A stretch of DNA of 53,337 nt from Candidatus Rifleibacteriota bacterium (GTDB taxonomy: Bacteria > Muiribacteriota > Ozemobacteria > Ozemobacterales > Ozemobacteraceae), in NCBI GenBank assembly GCA_905236865.1, contig CAJOQX010000173.1, positions 1-53,337 on the forward strand. The letters run 5' to 3'. The number at the start of each line of letters is the position of its first letter. Position 1 is the first letter of the stretch. Made by a program: the position numbers and the translations under genes. Below, piece by piece: positions 6,365 to 15,794 of the stretch. Under the pieces are notes generated by a model, which was not told the DNA's origin, searched no databases, and saw only the letters and a list, made by a program, of their open reading frames with translations.

Positions 6365-7705
6365 ATGTTTCAAGGTCTTTCAGAAAAGCTAATTGGCGTA
6401 TTTGAGAAAATACGTGGCGTTGGCAAACTTACCGAAAAAGATATTGATACCGCTTTAAACGAAGTCAAGATGGCTTTGCTGGAAGCTGATGTCAATTTTA
6501 AAGTGGTAAAGAATTTTATAAAACGAATAAAAGAAAGAGCACTAGGAACAGAAATATTAAAAAGTCTTACTCCAGGTCAGCAGGTTATAAAGATTGTCCA
6601 TGATGAATTAGTGGTTTTACTTGGAAGTGAAAGGTCTAAAATAGTAGTTGCCCCTAAAAAGCCTACTATTATTTTAATGGCTGGTCTACAAGGTTCTGGT
6701 AAAACTACAACAAGTGCAAAGTTAGCTTTAAACCTTCGTAAAGAAGAAAAGAAAAAACCTTTGCTCGTCGCCTGCGATATATATCGTCCAGCAGCAATCA
6801 AACAATTGCAAGTATTGGGTGATCAACTGGGGGTTGAAGTTTTTGTGGGCGAAGATGGACAAAAACCATCACTGATAGCTAAAAATGCTGTAGAATATGC
6901 TAGAGATAACAATTTAGATGTTGTTATCATAGATACAGCAGGACGTTTGCACATTGACGATGAGATGATGGGCGAAGTAAAAGAAATAAAAGAAAGTGTA
7001 GGCCCACATGAAATACTTCTTGTTGTCGATGCGATGACTGGTCAAGATGCTGTTAATATGGCTACAGCATTTAACCAAATGTTAGAACTTACAGGTATTA
7101 TTTTAACAAAACTAGACGGTGATGCTAGAGGTGGTGCGGCACTTTCTATTCGTGAAGTTACTGGTAAACCAGTAAAGTTTGTCGGCGTTGGCGAAAAAAC
7201 GTCTTCGCTAGAACCATTTTATCCAGACCGCATGGCTCAGAGAATCCTGGGAATGGGTGACGTGCTTTCTTTAATCGAAAAAGCACAAGAAAATTTTGAT
7301 GAAGCCAAGATGAAAGAAATCGAAAAAAGGGTTCTAGATGCAGAATTCAATTTTAATGATTTTCTTTATCAGCTTAATCAAATTAAAAGAATGGGTCCTC
7401 TTGACCAACTGTTAAGTATGATTCCAGGCTTTTCACAGCTTGGAAACTTATCTGAATTCTCTTTTGATGACAAGAGATTCAAACGTTTTGAAGCTATCAT
7501 ATTGTCTATGACAGAAAAAGAACGTAATCGTCCAGACATTATTGATTCGTCAAGACGAAAAAGAATAGCTGCTGGTAGCGGAAACGATATTTCAGAAGTT
7601 AATATGTTGTTAAAACAATTTAATCAGATGCGTAAGCTTATGAAGCAGCTTGGTAATTTTGGAAAACGCCGTGGTGGTAGATTCCCAAAATTTTTTGGAA
7701 TGTAA
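6365..7705 (+). CDS. ffh: signal recognition particle protein Ffh
   Basis: 446 aa. Has the GLQGSGKTTT P-loop, DTAGR and TKLDGDARGG SRP-GTPase motifs and a Met-rich M domain at the C-terminus. AGGAG lies upstream. Confidence 0.97.
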   Translation: MFQGLSEKLIGVFEKIRGVGKLTEKDIDTALNEVKMALLEADVNFKVVKNFIKRIKERALGTEILKSLTPGQQVIKIVHDELVVLLGSERSKIVVAPKKPTIILMAGLQGSGKTTTSAKLALNLRKEEKKKPLLVACDIYRPAAIKQLQVLGDQLGVEVFVGEDGQKPSLIAKNAVEYARDNNLDVVIIDTAGRLHIDDEMMGEVKEIKESVGPHEILLVVDAMTGQDAVNMATAFNQMLELTGIILTKLDGDARGGAALSIREVTGKPVKFVGVGEKTSSLEPFYPDRMAQRILGMGDVLSLIEKAQENFDEAKMKEIEKRVLDAEFNFNDFLYQLNQIKRMGPLDQLLSMIPGFSQLGNLSEFSFDDKRFKRFEAIILSMTEKERNRPDIIDSSRRKRIAAGSGNDISEVNMLLKQFNQMRKLMKQLGNFGKRRGGRFPKFFGM

Positions 7706-7747
7706 AAACCGATTAATCGGTTTGAACAAATATAAGGAGTTATTATA

Positions 7748-8047
7748 ATGTCCGTATCTATTAGATTAAAAATGCTTGGCACTAAGCACAGACCAAGCTA
7801 CAGAATCGTAGCTCTTGACAGCCGCAAGAACCGCGATGGTATTACTCTCGACAATCTTGGTATGTATGATCCAATGGCTTCAGAATCTAAGGTTGAAATC
7901 AAAGAAGAAGAAATACTCAGTTATTTGAATAACGGTGCTATTCCTTCTCTTACCGTAAAGAATCTTCTTCGCCAAAAAGGCATTGTTAAGGTTCAGCAGA
8001 AGAACGAAAAAGGTTCAGTAAAGCTTGTTTGGGCTAAACGCTCTTAA
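7748..8047 (+). CDS. rpsP: 30S ribosomal protein S16
   Basis: MSVSIRLKMLGTKHRPSYRIVALDSRKNRDG... is the typical S16 N-terminus. AAGGAG SD is present and the gene follows ffh as in many bacteria. Confidence 0.95.
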   Translation: MSVSIRLKMLGTKHRPSYRIVALDSRKNRDGITLDNLGMYDPMASESKVEIKEEEILSYLNNGAIPSLTVKNLLRQKGIVKVQQKNEKGSVKLVWAKRS

Positions 8048-8066
8048 TAGTTTTAGGAGTCTATGA

Positions 8067-8306
8067 ATGAGTCAGATTGCTCAGAACACGCTCGAAAAGC
8101 TTGTAAAGGCTCTTGTTGAACATCCAGAAGAAGTTGTGGTTACACCAATAGAAGGTGAAGGCACAATAGTATTTGAAGTTCAAGTCAATCCTGAAGATGT
8201 AGGCAAAATTATAGGAAAGAAAGGCAAAACAATTAATGCTCTTCGTACTATAATTAGAAGTTCAGCTAATACTGGAACTAAAAAGGTTATAATGGAACTA
8301 GTATAA
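8067..8306 (+). CDS. KH-domain RNA-binding protein (UPF0109/YlqC family)
   Basis: 79 aa with the GKIIGKKGKTINALRTI KH (GxxG) motif, in the conserved position between rpsP and rimM. Confidence 0.9.
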   Translation: MSQIAQNTLEKLVKALVEHPEEVVVTPIEGEGTIVFEVQVNPEDVGKIIGKKGKTINALRTIIRSSANTGTKKVIMELV

Positions 8307-8323
8307 GCTTTGAGTTAAGGTCT

Positions 8324-8920
8324 ATGTCAGATAACTTGAAAAAGCCAGACATAATCTGTATAAAATCAGCTAGATTAGAAGAATCTAATCAAGATGACTT
8401 TGTGGTAATTGGTCAGATTCGTAAAACAGTTGGTTTGAAAGGTTGGCTTAGAGTTAGTCTGATGACAGATTTTCCCGACAGATTTGAACCAGGTGAAACA
8501 ATACTTCTTAAGAAGCAATTTGGAATACCAGAATCTGTTTTAATAGGTGATTGGAGACCGCATTTTGCTGAAAATACTGTTGATATTCTATTAGATGGGA
8601 TAGACAATTGTGATTTGGCAGCAAATTATGTTAATAGACTTGTAGTTATCTCAAAAGATCAGAGGGAAGAATTAGATTCAGACGATGAGTTTTATCCTGA
8701 TGAGCTAGAGGAAATGAAAGTTTTGTCTCCAGAGGGCATCGACTGCGGAAAAGTTATAAAAATGGAAGCGGATGCTCCTAGTCCTTATCTTGTAGTTTCG
8801 ACTAAAGATAAAGGTGAAGTTATGATACCTTTTCTTCGTAAGTTTGTTGGTAAAATAGATAAAAAAAATAGAACCATCAAGCTTGTTGAACAAATATCAT
8901 TTCATATTCCAATAGAATGA
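8324..8920 (+). CDS. rimM: 16S rRNA processing protein RimM
   Basis: IGQIRKTVGLKGWLRV resembles the RimM N-terminal barrel motif, the C-terminal region is PRC-barrel-like, and the gene sits in the rimM-trmD position. The N-terminus is about 25 aa longer than usual. Confidence 0.88.
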   Translation: MSDNLKKPDIICIKSARLEESNQDDFVVIGQIRKTVGLKGWLRVSLMTDFPDRFEPGETILLKKQFGIPESVLIGDWRPHFAENTVDILLDGIDNCDLAANYVNRLVVISKDQREELDSDDEFYPDELEEMKVLSPEGIDCGKVIKMEADAPSPYLVVSTKDKGEVMIPFLRKFVGKIDKKNRTIKLVEQISFHIPIE

Positions 8921-8921
8921 T

Positions 8922-9665
8922 ATGAGGGTAGATATAATTACTCTGCTACCGCAGATCTTTGAAAAAGTATTTGATGAAAGTGTCTTAGGTGCTGCCGTAA
9001 AAAATGGATTGATAGACATTGTTCTCCATCAATTTAGAGAATACGGCGAAGGTCGTCATAAAACGGTAGATGACACTCCGTTTGGTGGTGGACCAGGCAT
9101 GGTATTTAAGCCAGCACCCCTTGTGAATTGCATTAGAGATGTCCGAAAAAAAGGCATTCATGCTCCAGTAATTGGATTAACACCACAAGGAATGCCACTT
9201 AATCAATGTTTGGTAAAAGAACTTGCATTATTTGACCGAATTATATTAGTATGTGGTAGATATGAAGGTTTTGATGAAAGAATAATTAACGAATTTGACT
9301 TTCAGCTTTCAATAGGTGACTACGTGCTAACAGGCGGTGAAATAGCTGCAATGACAGTAGTTGATGCTGTTTCTCGCATGATTCCAGGAACAGTTGGCTG
9401 TGAAGAGTCTGTGATTCAAGATTCTTTTTATGAAGGAATTTTAGATCATCCTCAATATACAAGACCAGCTAATTGGGAAGGATTATTAGTACCTGATATT
9501 CTTCAAAATGGAAATCATGCATTGATAAATAAATATAGACGTTCTAGATCTTTGCTGACTACTCTAGTCACTAGACCTGATATATTTGCAACTGCTTATT
9601 TAAATGAGTCTGATAAAGATATTTTTCAGGAAATCTTAAATACAAGCAGTAATAATAATTTGTAA
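8922..9665 (+). CDS. trmD: tRNA (guanine37-N1)-methyltransferase TrmD
   Basis: MRVDIITLLPQIFE..., FGGGPGMV and GRYEGFDER are TrmD signature segments. Confidence 0.96.
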   Translation: MRVDIITLLPQIFEKVFDESVLGAAVKNGLIDIVLHQFREYGEGRHKTVDDTPFGGGPGMVFKPAPLVNCIRDVRKKGIHAPVIGLTPQGMPLNQCLVKELALFDRIILVCGRYEGFDERIINEFDFQLSIGDYVLTGGEIAAMTVVDAVSRMIPGTVGCEESVIQDSFYEGILDHPQYTRPANWEGLLVPDILQNGNHALINKYRRSRSLLTTLVTRPDIFATAYLNESDKDIFQEILNTSSNNNL

Positions 9666-9692
9666 TTAATATTCCGAGAAGGAGTTTTTCCA

Positions 9693-10061
9693 ATGAATCC
9701 TGTAATTGAAAGTATTGAAAGAAATTATCAGAAAAAAGAAGAAGAAATACCTCACTTTATTTCTGGCGATACAGTTCGTCTTGAAATAAAGGTTCGTGAA
9801 GGTGATAAGGAACGCCTTCAGGCTTTTGAAGGTATTGTTATTTCTCGTAAAAACACTGGTTTACGTGAAAATTTCACTGTAAGAAAAATTTCTTATGGTG
9901 TAGGCGTTGAAAGAAAATTCATGCTTCATTCACCAAATATTGCTTCTATAAAAGTAATTCGTAGAGGTAATGTTGCTAGAGCTAAACTTTATTATTTACG
10001 CGACAGAGTTGGTAAAAAGACTCGTGTTAAAGATAAAATCTTCGCTAAGGATAAAGATTAA
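9693..10061 (+). CDS. rplS: 50S ribosomal protein L19
   Basis: 122 aa with [29 protein letters not shown]... and RRAKLYYLR-like segments typical of L19. GAAGGAG SD is present. Confidence 0.96.
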   Translation: MNPVIESIERNYQKKEEEIPHFISGDTVRLEIKVREGDKERLQAFEGIVISRKNTGLRENFTVRKISYGVGVERKFMLHSPNIASIKVIRRGNVARAKLYYLRDRVGKKTRVKDKIFAKDKD

Positions 10062-10063
10062 TT

Positions 10064-11077
10064 TTGGAAGAATTAGTTTGTCCCAGTAGTTTACCTACAG
10101 GGGTATTTATACATGATTTATCTGTGCGTTTTAATGAACAGGTAATTCCATTAGATGCACTAGATCCAACTGAAGTTCTTGCTGAAGCAAAACTTCAGTT
10201 GGCTGGTTCTGTTTCTGGAATTATAAAAGAAGAAGTTCATATCTCTTACGAACAGAGTTATCGGTCTTTTTCTTCGTTAAAAACGATAAAAGAAGAAATC
10301 GATTTAAATTCTGACAAATTTAGATTCGATTTAAAACTCCATAACGGAGCAAATTCTTTTGTTTTGAAAATAACGAATAAAGAGGGTGAAATATTAGATA
10401 CAAAATCTTTCTCTTTGAACTATAAAGGTTCTTTTAGAGAATGGAATGAAACAATATTTATTGCTTTTTTCTTGGCAGTATTAATACGTGGTTTAGTTGT
10501 TCAGGCTTTTTGGATTCCTACAGGTAGTATGGAACCTACTTTACTAGGAGAAAGTAAAAATCTTGAAGGTAAAGTTACAAGAAGTGGGGATCGTATTCTT
10601 GTAAATAGATTTGCTTATGCTTTTGATTTTTCTCTCGATGGAAGATTTCCTTTTGGGCAAAATGCCAAATATTGGCTGAAACTTCCAAATAGAGGAGATA
10701 TTGTTGTTTTTAAATTTCCTGACCCAAATCCAAAAAATCCTCCTCGTGATTATATTAAACGTGTTATCGGAATTCCTGGTGATAAGGTAAAAATTCAGAA
10801 CGGTATCACTTATGTTAATGGAGTCCCTTTAAAAGAGCCTTATATAATGGCTCCCCCTGTTATGGATTATGAAGTAGTTGTTGAGCCAGAGCATCTTTTT
10901 GTGATGGGCGATAATAGAAATAATAGCTATGACAGTAGATTTTGGGGGCTTATGCCATTAAAAAATCTGAAAGGGCAGGCTATACTTAAATATTTACCAA
11001 TGAACAGAATAGGACCTATAAAAAGCTATTCTCATGAAAATCTTATTCCTGGTAAAATAAGCAATTCTTCAAATTAA
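10064..11077 (+). CDS. lepB: signal peptidase I with uncertain start; possible ~125-aa N-terminal extension
   Basis: Catalytic boxes are present: IPTGSMEPTL, GDRILVNRF, RGDIVVFKFP, YIKRVIGIPGD, GDNRNNSYDSRFWG. There is no in-frame ATG before the catalytic Ser-Met. The track start is TTG at 10064, 2 nt after the rplS stop. An alternative TTG at 10415 would give a conventional short N-terminus. Confidence 0.85.
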   Translation: MEELVCPSSLPTGVFIHDLSVRFNEQVIPLDALDPTEVLAEAKLQLAGSVSGIIKEEVHISYEQSYRSFSSLKTIKEEIDLNSDKFRFDLKLHNGANSFVLKITNKEGEILDTKSFSLNYKGSFREWNETIFIAFFLAVLIRGLVVQAFWIPTGSMEPTLLGESKNLEGKVTRSGDRILVNRFAYAFDFSLDGRFPFGQNAKYWLKLPNRGDIVVFKFPDPNPKNPPRDYIKRVIGIPGDKVKIQNGITYVNGVPLKEPYIMAPPVMDYEVVVEPEHLFVMGDNRNNSYDSRFWGLMPLKNLKGQAILKYLPMNRIGPIKSYSHENLIPGKISNSSN

Positions 11078-11080
11078 AAT

Positions 11081-11974
11081 ATGAATAAAGATTTACCTGG
11101 TCATATAAGAAAGGCTTTTCGATCAGTTGAAAAATACCTTCCTGTAGTAGACATTATTGTTGAACTAGTAGACGCAAGAATGCCGAATGGTTCTCGGCTA
11201 AAAGATTTTGTTGGCAAATTAGGCAAAGTTTCAGTTATTGCCTTATCTAAAGCTGATTTAGCTGATAAAGATGCAACAAAAAAATGGATTGAAAAATATA
11301 AAAATGAAGGTTGTTCTTGTGTTGCATTAGATTGCCGAGATAGAAATTCTGTTAAAAATTTGGCAAAAATTATTTATTCTGCAAAAGCAAAGACATTGAA
11401 CAGCAAAAATGCTCCTTTGAGAAAAGTTCGTAGAATAATGATTATTGGCATACCTAATGTTGGAAAATCGACTTTAATTAATTCATTGGCTGGAAGATCA
11501 GCTGCTAGAGCAGCCAATATGCCTGGAGTTACTCGAAGTGTCCAATGGATTAAAATTTCTGGGGATTTAGAATTGCTTGATTTGCCTGGTATTCTAGATT
11601 TTGGTCTTTTACGCCGAGGTGATTTACTCAAACTTATAAATACTATACCTGGACGTGATGACGATACTTATACCAAAGCAAAAAATCTTTGCCGTATTCT
11701 TTATTTGACAAATAATGAACATATTTTGCCAAAAATTGATGAATTCGAACATAATTTTGATAAATTTATTTCTGATTACGCAAGGGATATGAATTTTCTA
11801 ATTAAAGGTGGCAACCCTGATTTGCAGAGAGCTACAAATGATATAGTTAAACGCTTTCAGAATGGCGGATTTGGTCGAGTTACTTTAGAAAAGCCAGATC
11901 AAGATTTTTCTGAAATCTTAGCCAGATATGAAGAAGAAGACTCTGACAGTGATGAGGATTTTGTAAATGTCTGA
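11081..11974 (+). CDS. rbgA: ribosome biogenesis GTPase A (YlqF/RbgA, circularly permuted GTPase)
   Basis: Permuted motif order is SKADL (G4) ... GIPNVGKST (G1) ... DLPG (G3). The gene follows lepB as in Bacillus. It has an acidic C-terminal tail. Confidence 0.9.
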   Translation: MNKDLPGHIRKAFRSVEKYLPVVDIIVELVDARMPNGSRLKDFVGKLGKVSVIALSKADLADKDATKKWIEKYKNEGCSCVALDCRDRNSVKNLAKIIYSAKAKTLNSKNAPLRKVRRIMIIGIPNVGKSTLINSLAGRSAARAANMPGVTRSVQWIKISGDLELLDLPGILDFGLLRRGDLLKLINTIPGRDDDTYTKAKNLCRILYLTNNEHILPKIDEFEHNFDKFISDYARDMNFLIKGGNPDLQRATNDIVKRFQNGGFGRVTLEKPDQDFSEILARYEEEDSDSDEDFVNV

Positions 11975-12947
11975 GTCTCAAACAAATATTAATCTTTCAG
12001 AAGATGTAGCTCGTTTGATGTTTTCATCTGGCGAAGAAAATGGTTTTGCTCTTATTCGTAGTATTCCAGATATTAATGTTAAAGCCAGAGGAAATGTTCT
12101 TTATATTAATGGAAATTTTGATAAAATCAGATTGGTTAAACAGTTTATAAAAATATTAAATTCTAGATTAGATAAACACGAAGATCTTGAATATGCAGAT
12201 GTTCGCAGAGTGTTTAGACAATTGTCTAATCTTAATCAGGCCCAGATAGACTCTGATACAAATGCTTTGTTTTCAGATGTTTTAGCTACTCATAGCGGAA
12301 GAATTATAAAGGCAAAAACAGCTAATCAAAAGTTTTATCTTGATTCAATAGAGAAAAATACTATAACAATTGCCAGAGGTCCTGCTGGAACAGGTAAAAC
12401 GTATTTGGCTGCTGCAATGGCGGTTAAAGCACTTCGCGAAAAGAAAATCAGCAGAATAGTTCTTTCTAGACCTGTTATTGAGGCTGGCGAAAATTTAGGT
12501 TATCTTCCTGGGGATTTGAAAGAAAAAGTTGACCCTCATTTTAGACCTTTATATGATTCTTTACAGGATTTTATTGGTTTAAACAAATTTGAGCAGTTTG
12601 TTAGACAGGGAATTATAGAGATAACACCCCTTGCTTATATGCGTGGTAGAACTTTCAACGAATCTTTTGTTGTTCTTGATGAGGCTCAAAATACTACCTT
12701 GGCCCAGATGAGAATGATTTTGACCAGACTTGGTTATGGTGCAAAGATGGTTATTACTGGCGATCAAACTCAAATTGATTTGCCAAACCCATCAGATTCT
12801 TCTTTGTTGGTTCTTCATCATATTTTGGGAAAAGTTGAATCTGTTAAATTTGTTGATTTAACTTCTGAAGATGTTGTTCGTCATGATGTTGTCAGACGTA
12901 TTATTAATGCTTTTGACGAATATCAGTCTAAGGAGCGGTTGAAGTAA
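11967..12947 (+). CDS. phoH: PhoH-family ATPase
   Basis: GPAGTGKTYLA Walker A, VLDEAQN Walker B and GDQTQIDLP are present. It overlaps rbgA by 8 nt. Confidence 0.93.
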   Translation: MSESQTNINLSEDVARLMFSSGEENGFALIRSIPDINVKARGNVLYINGNFDKIRLVKQFIKILNSRLDKHEDLEYADVRRVFRQLSNLNQAQIDSDTNALFSDVLATHSGRIIKAKTANQKFYLDSIEKNTITIARGPAGTGKTYLAAAMAVKALREKKISRIVLSRPVIEAGENLGYLPGDLKEKVDPHFRPLYDSLQDFIGLNKFEQFVRQGIIEITPLAYMRGRTFNESFVVLDEAQNTTLAQMRMILTRLGYGAKMVITGDQTQIDLPNPSDSSLLVLHHILGKVESVKFVDLTSEDVVRHDVVRRIINAFDEYQSKERLK

Positions 12948-15271
12948 TGAAAGAGAATAAAAATAATATTCTGACATCTATTATGTCTTGGCTATCTTTA
13001 CCATCTAAGGGACAATCAAGTTTTCTTGTCAGATTAGTTATATTTTGGTTTGTTATGACTATTATAGTCGTTATTGATCCTAACCAAATGTTAGAAGATA
13101 TTACAGTTGGTAAGCCTGCTCCGAAAAACCTAATATGTCCAAAATATATTGAATTTTATGATATGGTTGAAACAAATGCTTTGCAACTTAAAGCTAGCAA
13201 TGACGAACCTAATTTTTATGATATTAATCCCGAAATAAATAAAGAAATATTAGATGATTTTGATATCAATATCAGTATTTTAAAAGATTTTTATGGAAGA
13301 ATAAATGATAAAAACAGTAAAAATACGAATATTTCTTTGGTTATTAATGAGATTATTCCAAAGAATTATATTCTTGATGATAAGGAATTAAATAAATTAT
13401 ATGGAATGCCTAGAGCTCAGTTCGATGAATTAATTGATAAGGCTAGAAAAAAAGTAATAGAAGTTTGTTCTAACAAGATAACCGAACAAAATATTTCTGA
13501 AATAAAAAGAGAATTGAAGAATAGTGCTGATAGTATTTGGGATGCTCAACTTACTTTTAGGCATTTGTTATATTCTATACTTGAAAGTTCTATTCGTCAA
13601 AATACTGTATTAAATAATTTTGAAACTGCTAGAAGAAAAGAAATAGCTTCAAAACAGGTTTTGCCAGTTTATAAACATTTTCAAAAAGGTCAAAAAATAA
13701 TATCTGAAGGCGATATAGTTACAAGTGAAGTTTATACTATTTTTAAGCAGATTCAAAAAGAACTAAATAGAAATGTATTCTTAGCTGTTTTGGGGAGTAT
13801 GCTTTTATTAGGGCTTTTTTTATGTATTTCTATTGCATATATTAGAACTCAAGACGAGAACGTTTTTGTAGATGATGTCCAGTATAAGTTAATTGCGACT
13901 CTTTGTGTTGTCTATTTGCTTGCAACAAAAGTGGTTTATGGAATAAGTCATGATTTTGATAACAAATTTTATCTGATGGTTCTTTTATCACCTATGGCAA
14001 CTTTTGTTCTTCTGTTAAATTCTACAATGAGCAATCTAAAGATAGTTTACTTTCTTGTTTTTTGGATGGGTTTGCTTTCTTTATTTGTTACTCTAGGTTG
14101 TGAATCTTATGTTGTTGGATTAATGGCTGCTCTTGTTGTGGGGGCGATTGGAGGAATTCTTTTTTGGGATATTGTCTATAAAGATACAGAAGGCAATATG
14201 CGTTCTTTTATTATAAAAACAGGTTTAAATATAGGTATTACTACAATGTTGTCGGTTACCGCTGTATTGCTTATAGATTCTGAAATCTACTCTGCTTATG
14301 GTTATATGACAATGCTTTGGTATATTATATGTGGTTTATTGAATGGTTTTACATCTGGAATAGTAACTAATGGATTGTTGCCGTATATAGAAGAATATTT
14401 TTCTTTTGCAACTCCTACAAAACTTTTAGAATTAACTTCCGAAGAAAGCCCTTTATTAAAGCGTTTAGCAGAAGAAGCACCAGGAACATACCAACATAGT
14501 AAAGCTGTTGCAAATATGGCTGCACAGGCGGCTGTAGCTGTAGATGCCGATCCATTGCTTACTAAGGTTTGTGCTCTTTATCATGATATAGGAAAAATAA
14601 AAAGACCTGAATATTATACCGAAAATCAAAATGGTGAAAACCCTCACGATGAGAAAAAACCTACTATGTCGGCTCTCATTATTTCTACTCACGTTAAAGA
14701 TGGTATCGAATTGGCCCGTAATTATAAAATTCCTCATAGAGTTATCGAAGTGATGAGTCAGCATCATGGAACTTCTCTAATTGAATATTTTTATAATAAG
14801 CAAAAAGAACTAACGCCAGATACTGTAGATGAATCTCAGTTTAGATACAAAACCCTAAAACCGCAAAGTAAAGAAGCTGCTATTTTACTTTTGGCTGATG
14901 CTGTTGAAGCTTCATCAAGAAGTTTAGATGAATTAAATCCTGAAAAAATAAAAGCTCATGTCAAGAAGATTGTAGACCATAAAATGAAAGACGACAATCA
15001 GCTTGAAGAAACGAATTTGACTTTGAAAGATATAGATACAATCGAAGATGAATTTGTGAAAGTTTTAATTTCCTCTAATCATAAGAGAATTAAATATCAA
15101 AATCAGCTAAAAGAAGAAGCTGCTGCTAAGGCTGCCGCAGCAAAAGCTGAAGAAGAAGCTGTGAGAGCAGAAGTTGAAAGAATGTCTATCGAAGAAGCAA
15201 AAAAAGAAAATACAGATAATCCTTCTGCTTATACAGAAAATACTAAATCAGAAAGCGAAGACAAAAATTGA
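12947..15271 (+). CDS. pgpH: 7TM-receptor/HDIG membrane phosphohydrolase (PgpH/YqfF family, cyclic-di-AMP phosphodiesterase-like)
   Basis: N-terminal TM segment plus extracytoplasmic domain, a multi-TM block and a C-terminal HD domain (HSKAVANMA...LYHDIGKIKRPEYYTENQ). It sits in the phoH-pgpH-ybeY position and has an Ala/Glu-rich C-terminal tail. Confidence 0.88.
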   Translation: MKENKNNILTSIMSWLSLPSKGQSSFLVRLVIFWFVMTIIVVIDPNQMLEDITVGKPAPKNLICPKYIEFYDMVETNALQLKASNDEPNFYDINPEINKEILDDFDINISILKDFYGRINDKNSKNTNISLVINEIIPKNYILDDKELNKLYGMPRAQFDELIDKARKKVIEVCSNKITEQNISEIKRELKNSADSIWDAQLTFRHLLYSILESSIRQNTVLNNFETARRKEIASKQVLPVYKHFQKGQKIISEGDIVTSEVYTIFKQIQKELNRNVFLAVLGSMLLLGLFLCISIAYIRTQDENVFVDDVQYKLIATLCVVYLLATKVVYGISHDFDNKFYLMVLLSPMATFVLLLNSTMSNLKIVYFLVFWMGLLSLFVTLGCESYVVGLMAALVVGAIGGILFWDIVYKDTEGNMRSFIIKTGLNIGITTMLSVTAVLLIDSEIYSAYGYMTMLWYIICGLLNGFTSGIVTNGLLPYIEEYFSFATPTKLLELTSEESPLLKRLAEEAPGTYQHSKAVANMAAQAAVAVDADPLLTKVCALYHDIGKIKRPEYYTENQNGENPHDEKKPTMSALIISTHVKDGIELARNYKIPHRVIEVMSQHHGTSLIEYFYNKQKELTPDTVDESQFRYKTLKPQSKEAAILLLADAVEASSRSLDELNPEKIKAHVKKIVDHKMKDDNQLEETNLTLKDIDTIEDEFVKVLISSNHKRIKYQNQLKEEAAAKAAAAKAEEEAVRAEVERMSIEEAKKENTDNPSAYTENTKSESEDKN

Positions 15272-15273
15272 AT

Positions 15274-15771
15274 ATGGACGTATTAATTTCAAATGAACAG
15301 AAAGTAGTCGAACTGGATTTAAATTTTATACGAGAAGTAGCATTGGAAATAATGAATTTTGAGGGGACACCTAAAAATGGTCAGCTTTCTTTGCTTTTTT
15401 GTGATGATGAAGCTATAAAATGTTTAAATAGAGAATATAGAGGTAAAGATGAGGCTACGGATGTACTTTCGTTTCCAATGGAATTAGAAAACTTCGTTCC
15501 TGAAATAAGAATGTTGGGAGATATAGTTATTAGTACTGAAACAGCTATTCGACAAGCAGAAGAGTATAAGCATTCGCTCGAAGCTGAAATTATAATTCTG
15601 CTTATTCACGGATTACTACATTTGCATGGTTATGATCATATTGAAGAAAATGATTGTAAAAAAATGCGTGTTAGAGAAGCTGAAATTTTAAAACATCTTT
15701 GTGAAATTGGTAATTATATTAAGCTTAAAGATATTTCCTCGGAACCTTTAATAGAGAGGGTTTCAGAATAA
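15274..15771 (+). CDS. ybeY: endoribonuclease YbeY (rRNA maturation factor)
   Basis: Has the HGLLHLHGYDH zinc motif. I prefer the ATG at 15274 (MDVLIS...) over the track's TTG at 15268. Confidence 0.93.
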   Translation: MDVLISNEQKVVELDLNFIREVALEIMNFEGTPKNGQLSLLFCDDEAIKCLNREYRGKDEATDVLSFPMELENFVPEIRMLGDIVISTETAIRQAEEYKHSLEAEIIILLIHGLLHLHGYDHIEENDCKKMRVREAEILKHLCEIGNYIKLKDISSEPLIERVSE

Positions 15772-15794
15772 TTATAAACAAGGGTTAAAATCTA

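Noticed and set aside
15268-15273. TTG start for ybeY, overlapping the pgpH stop.
   Set aside because: An ATG two codons downstream (15274) is the more likely start. The difference is trivial.
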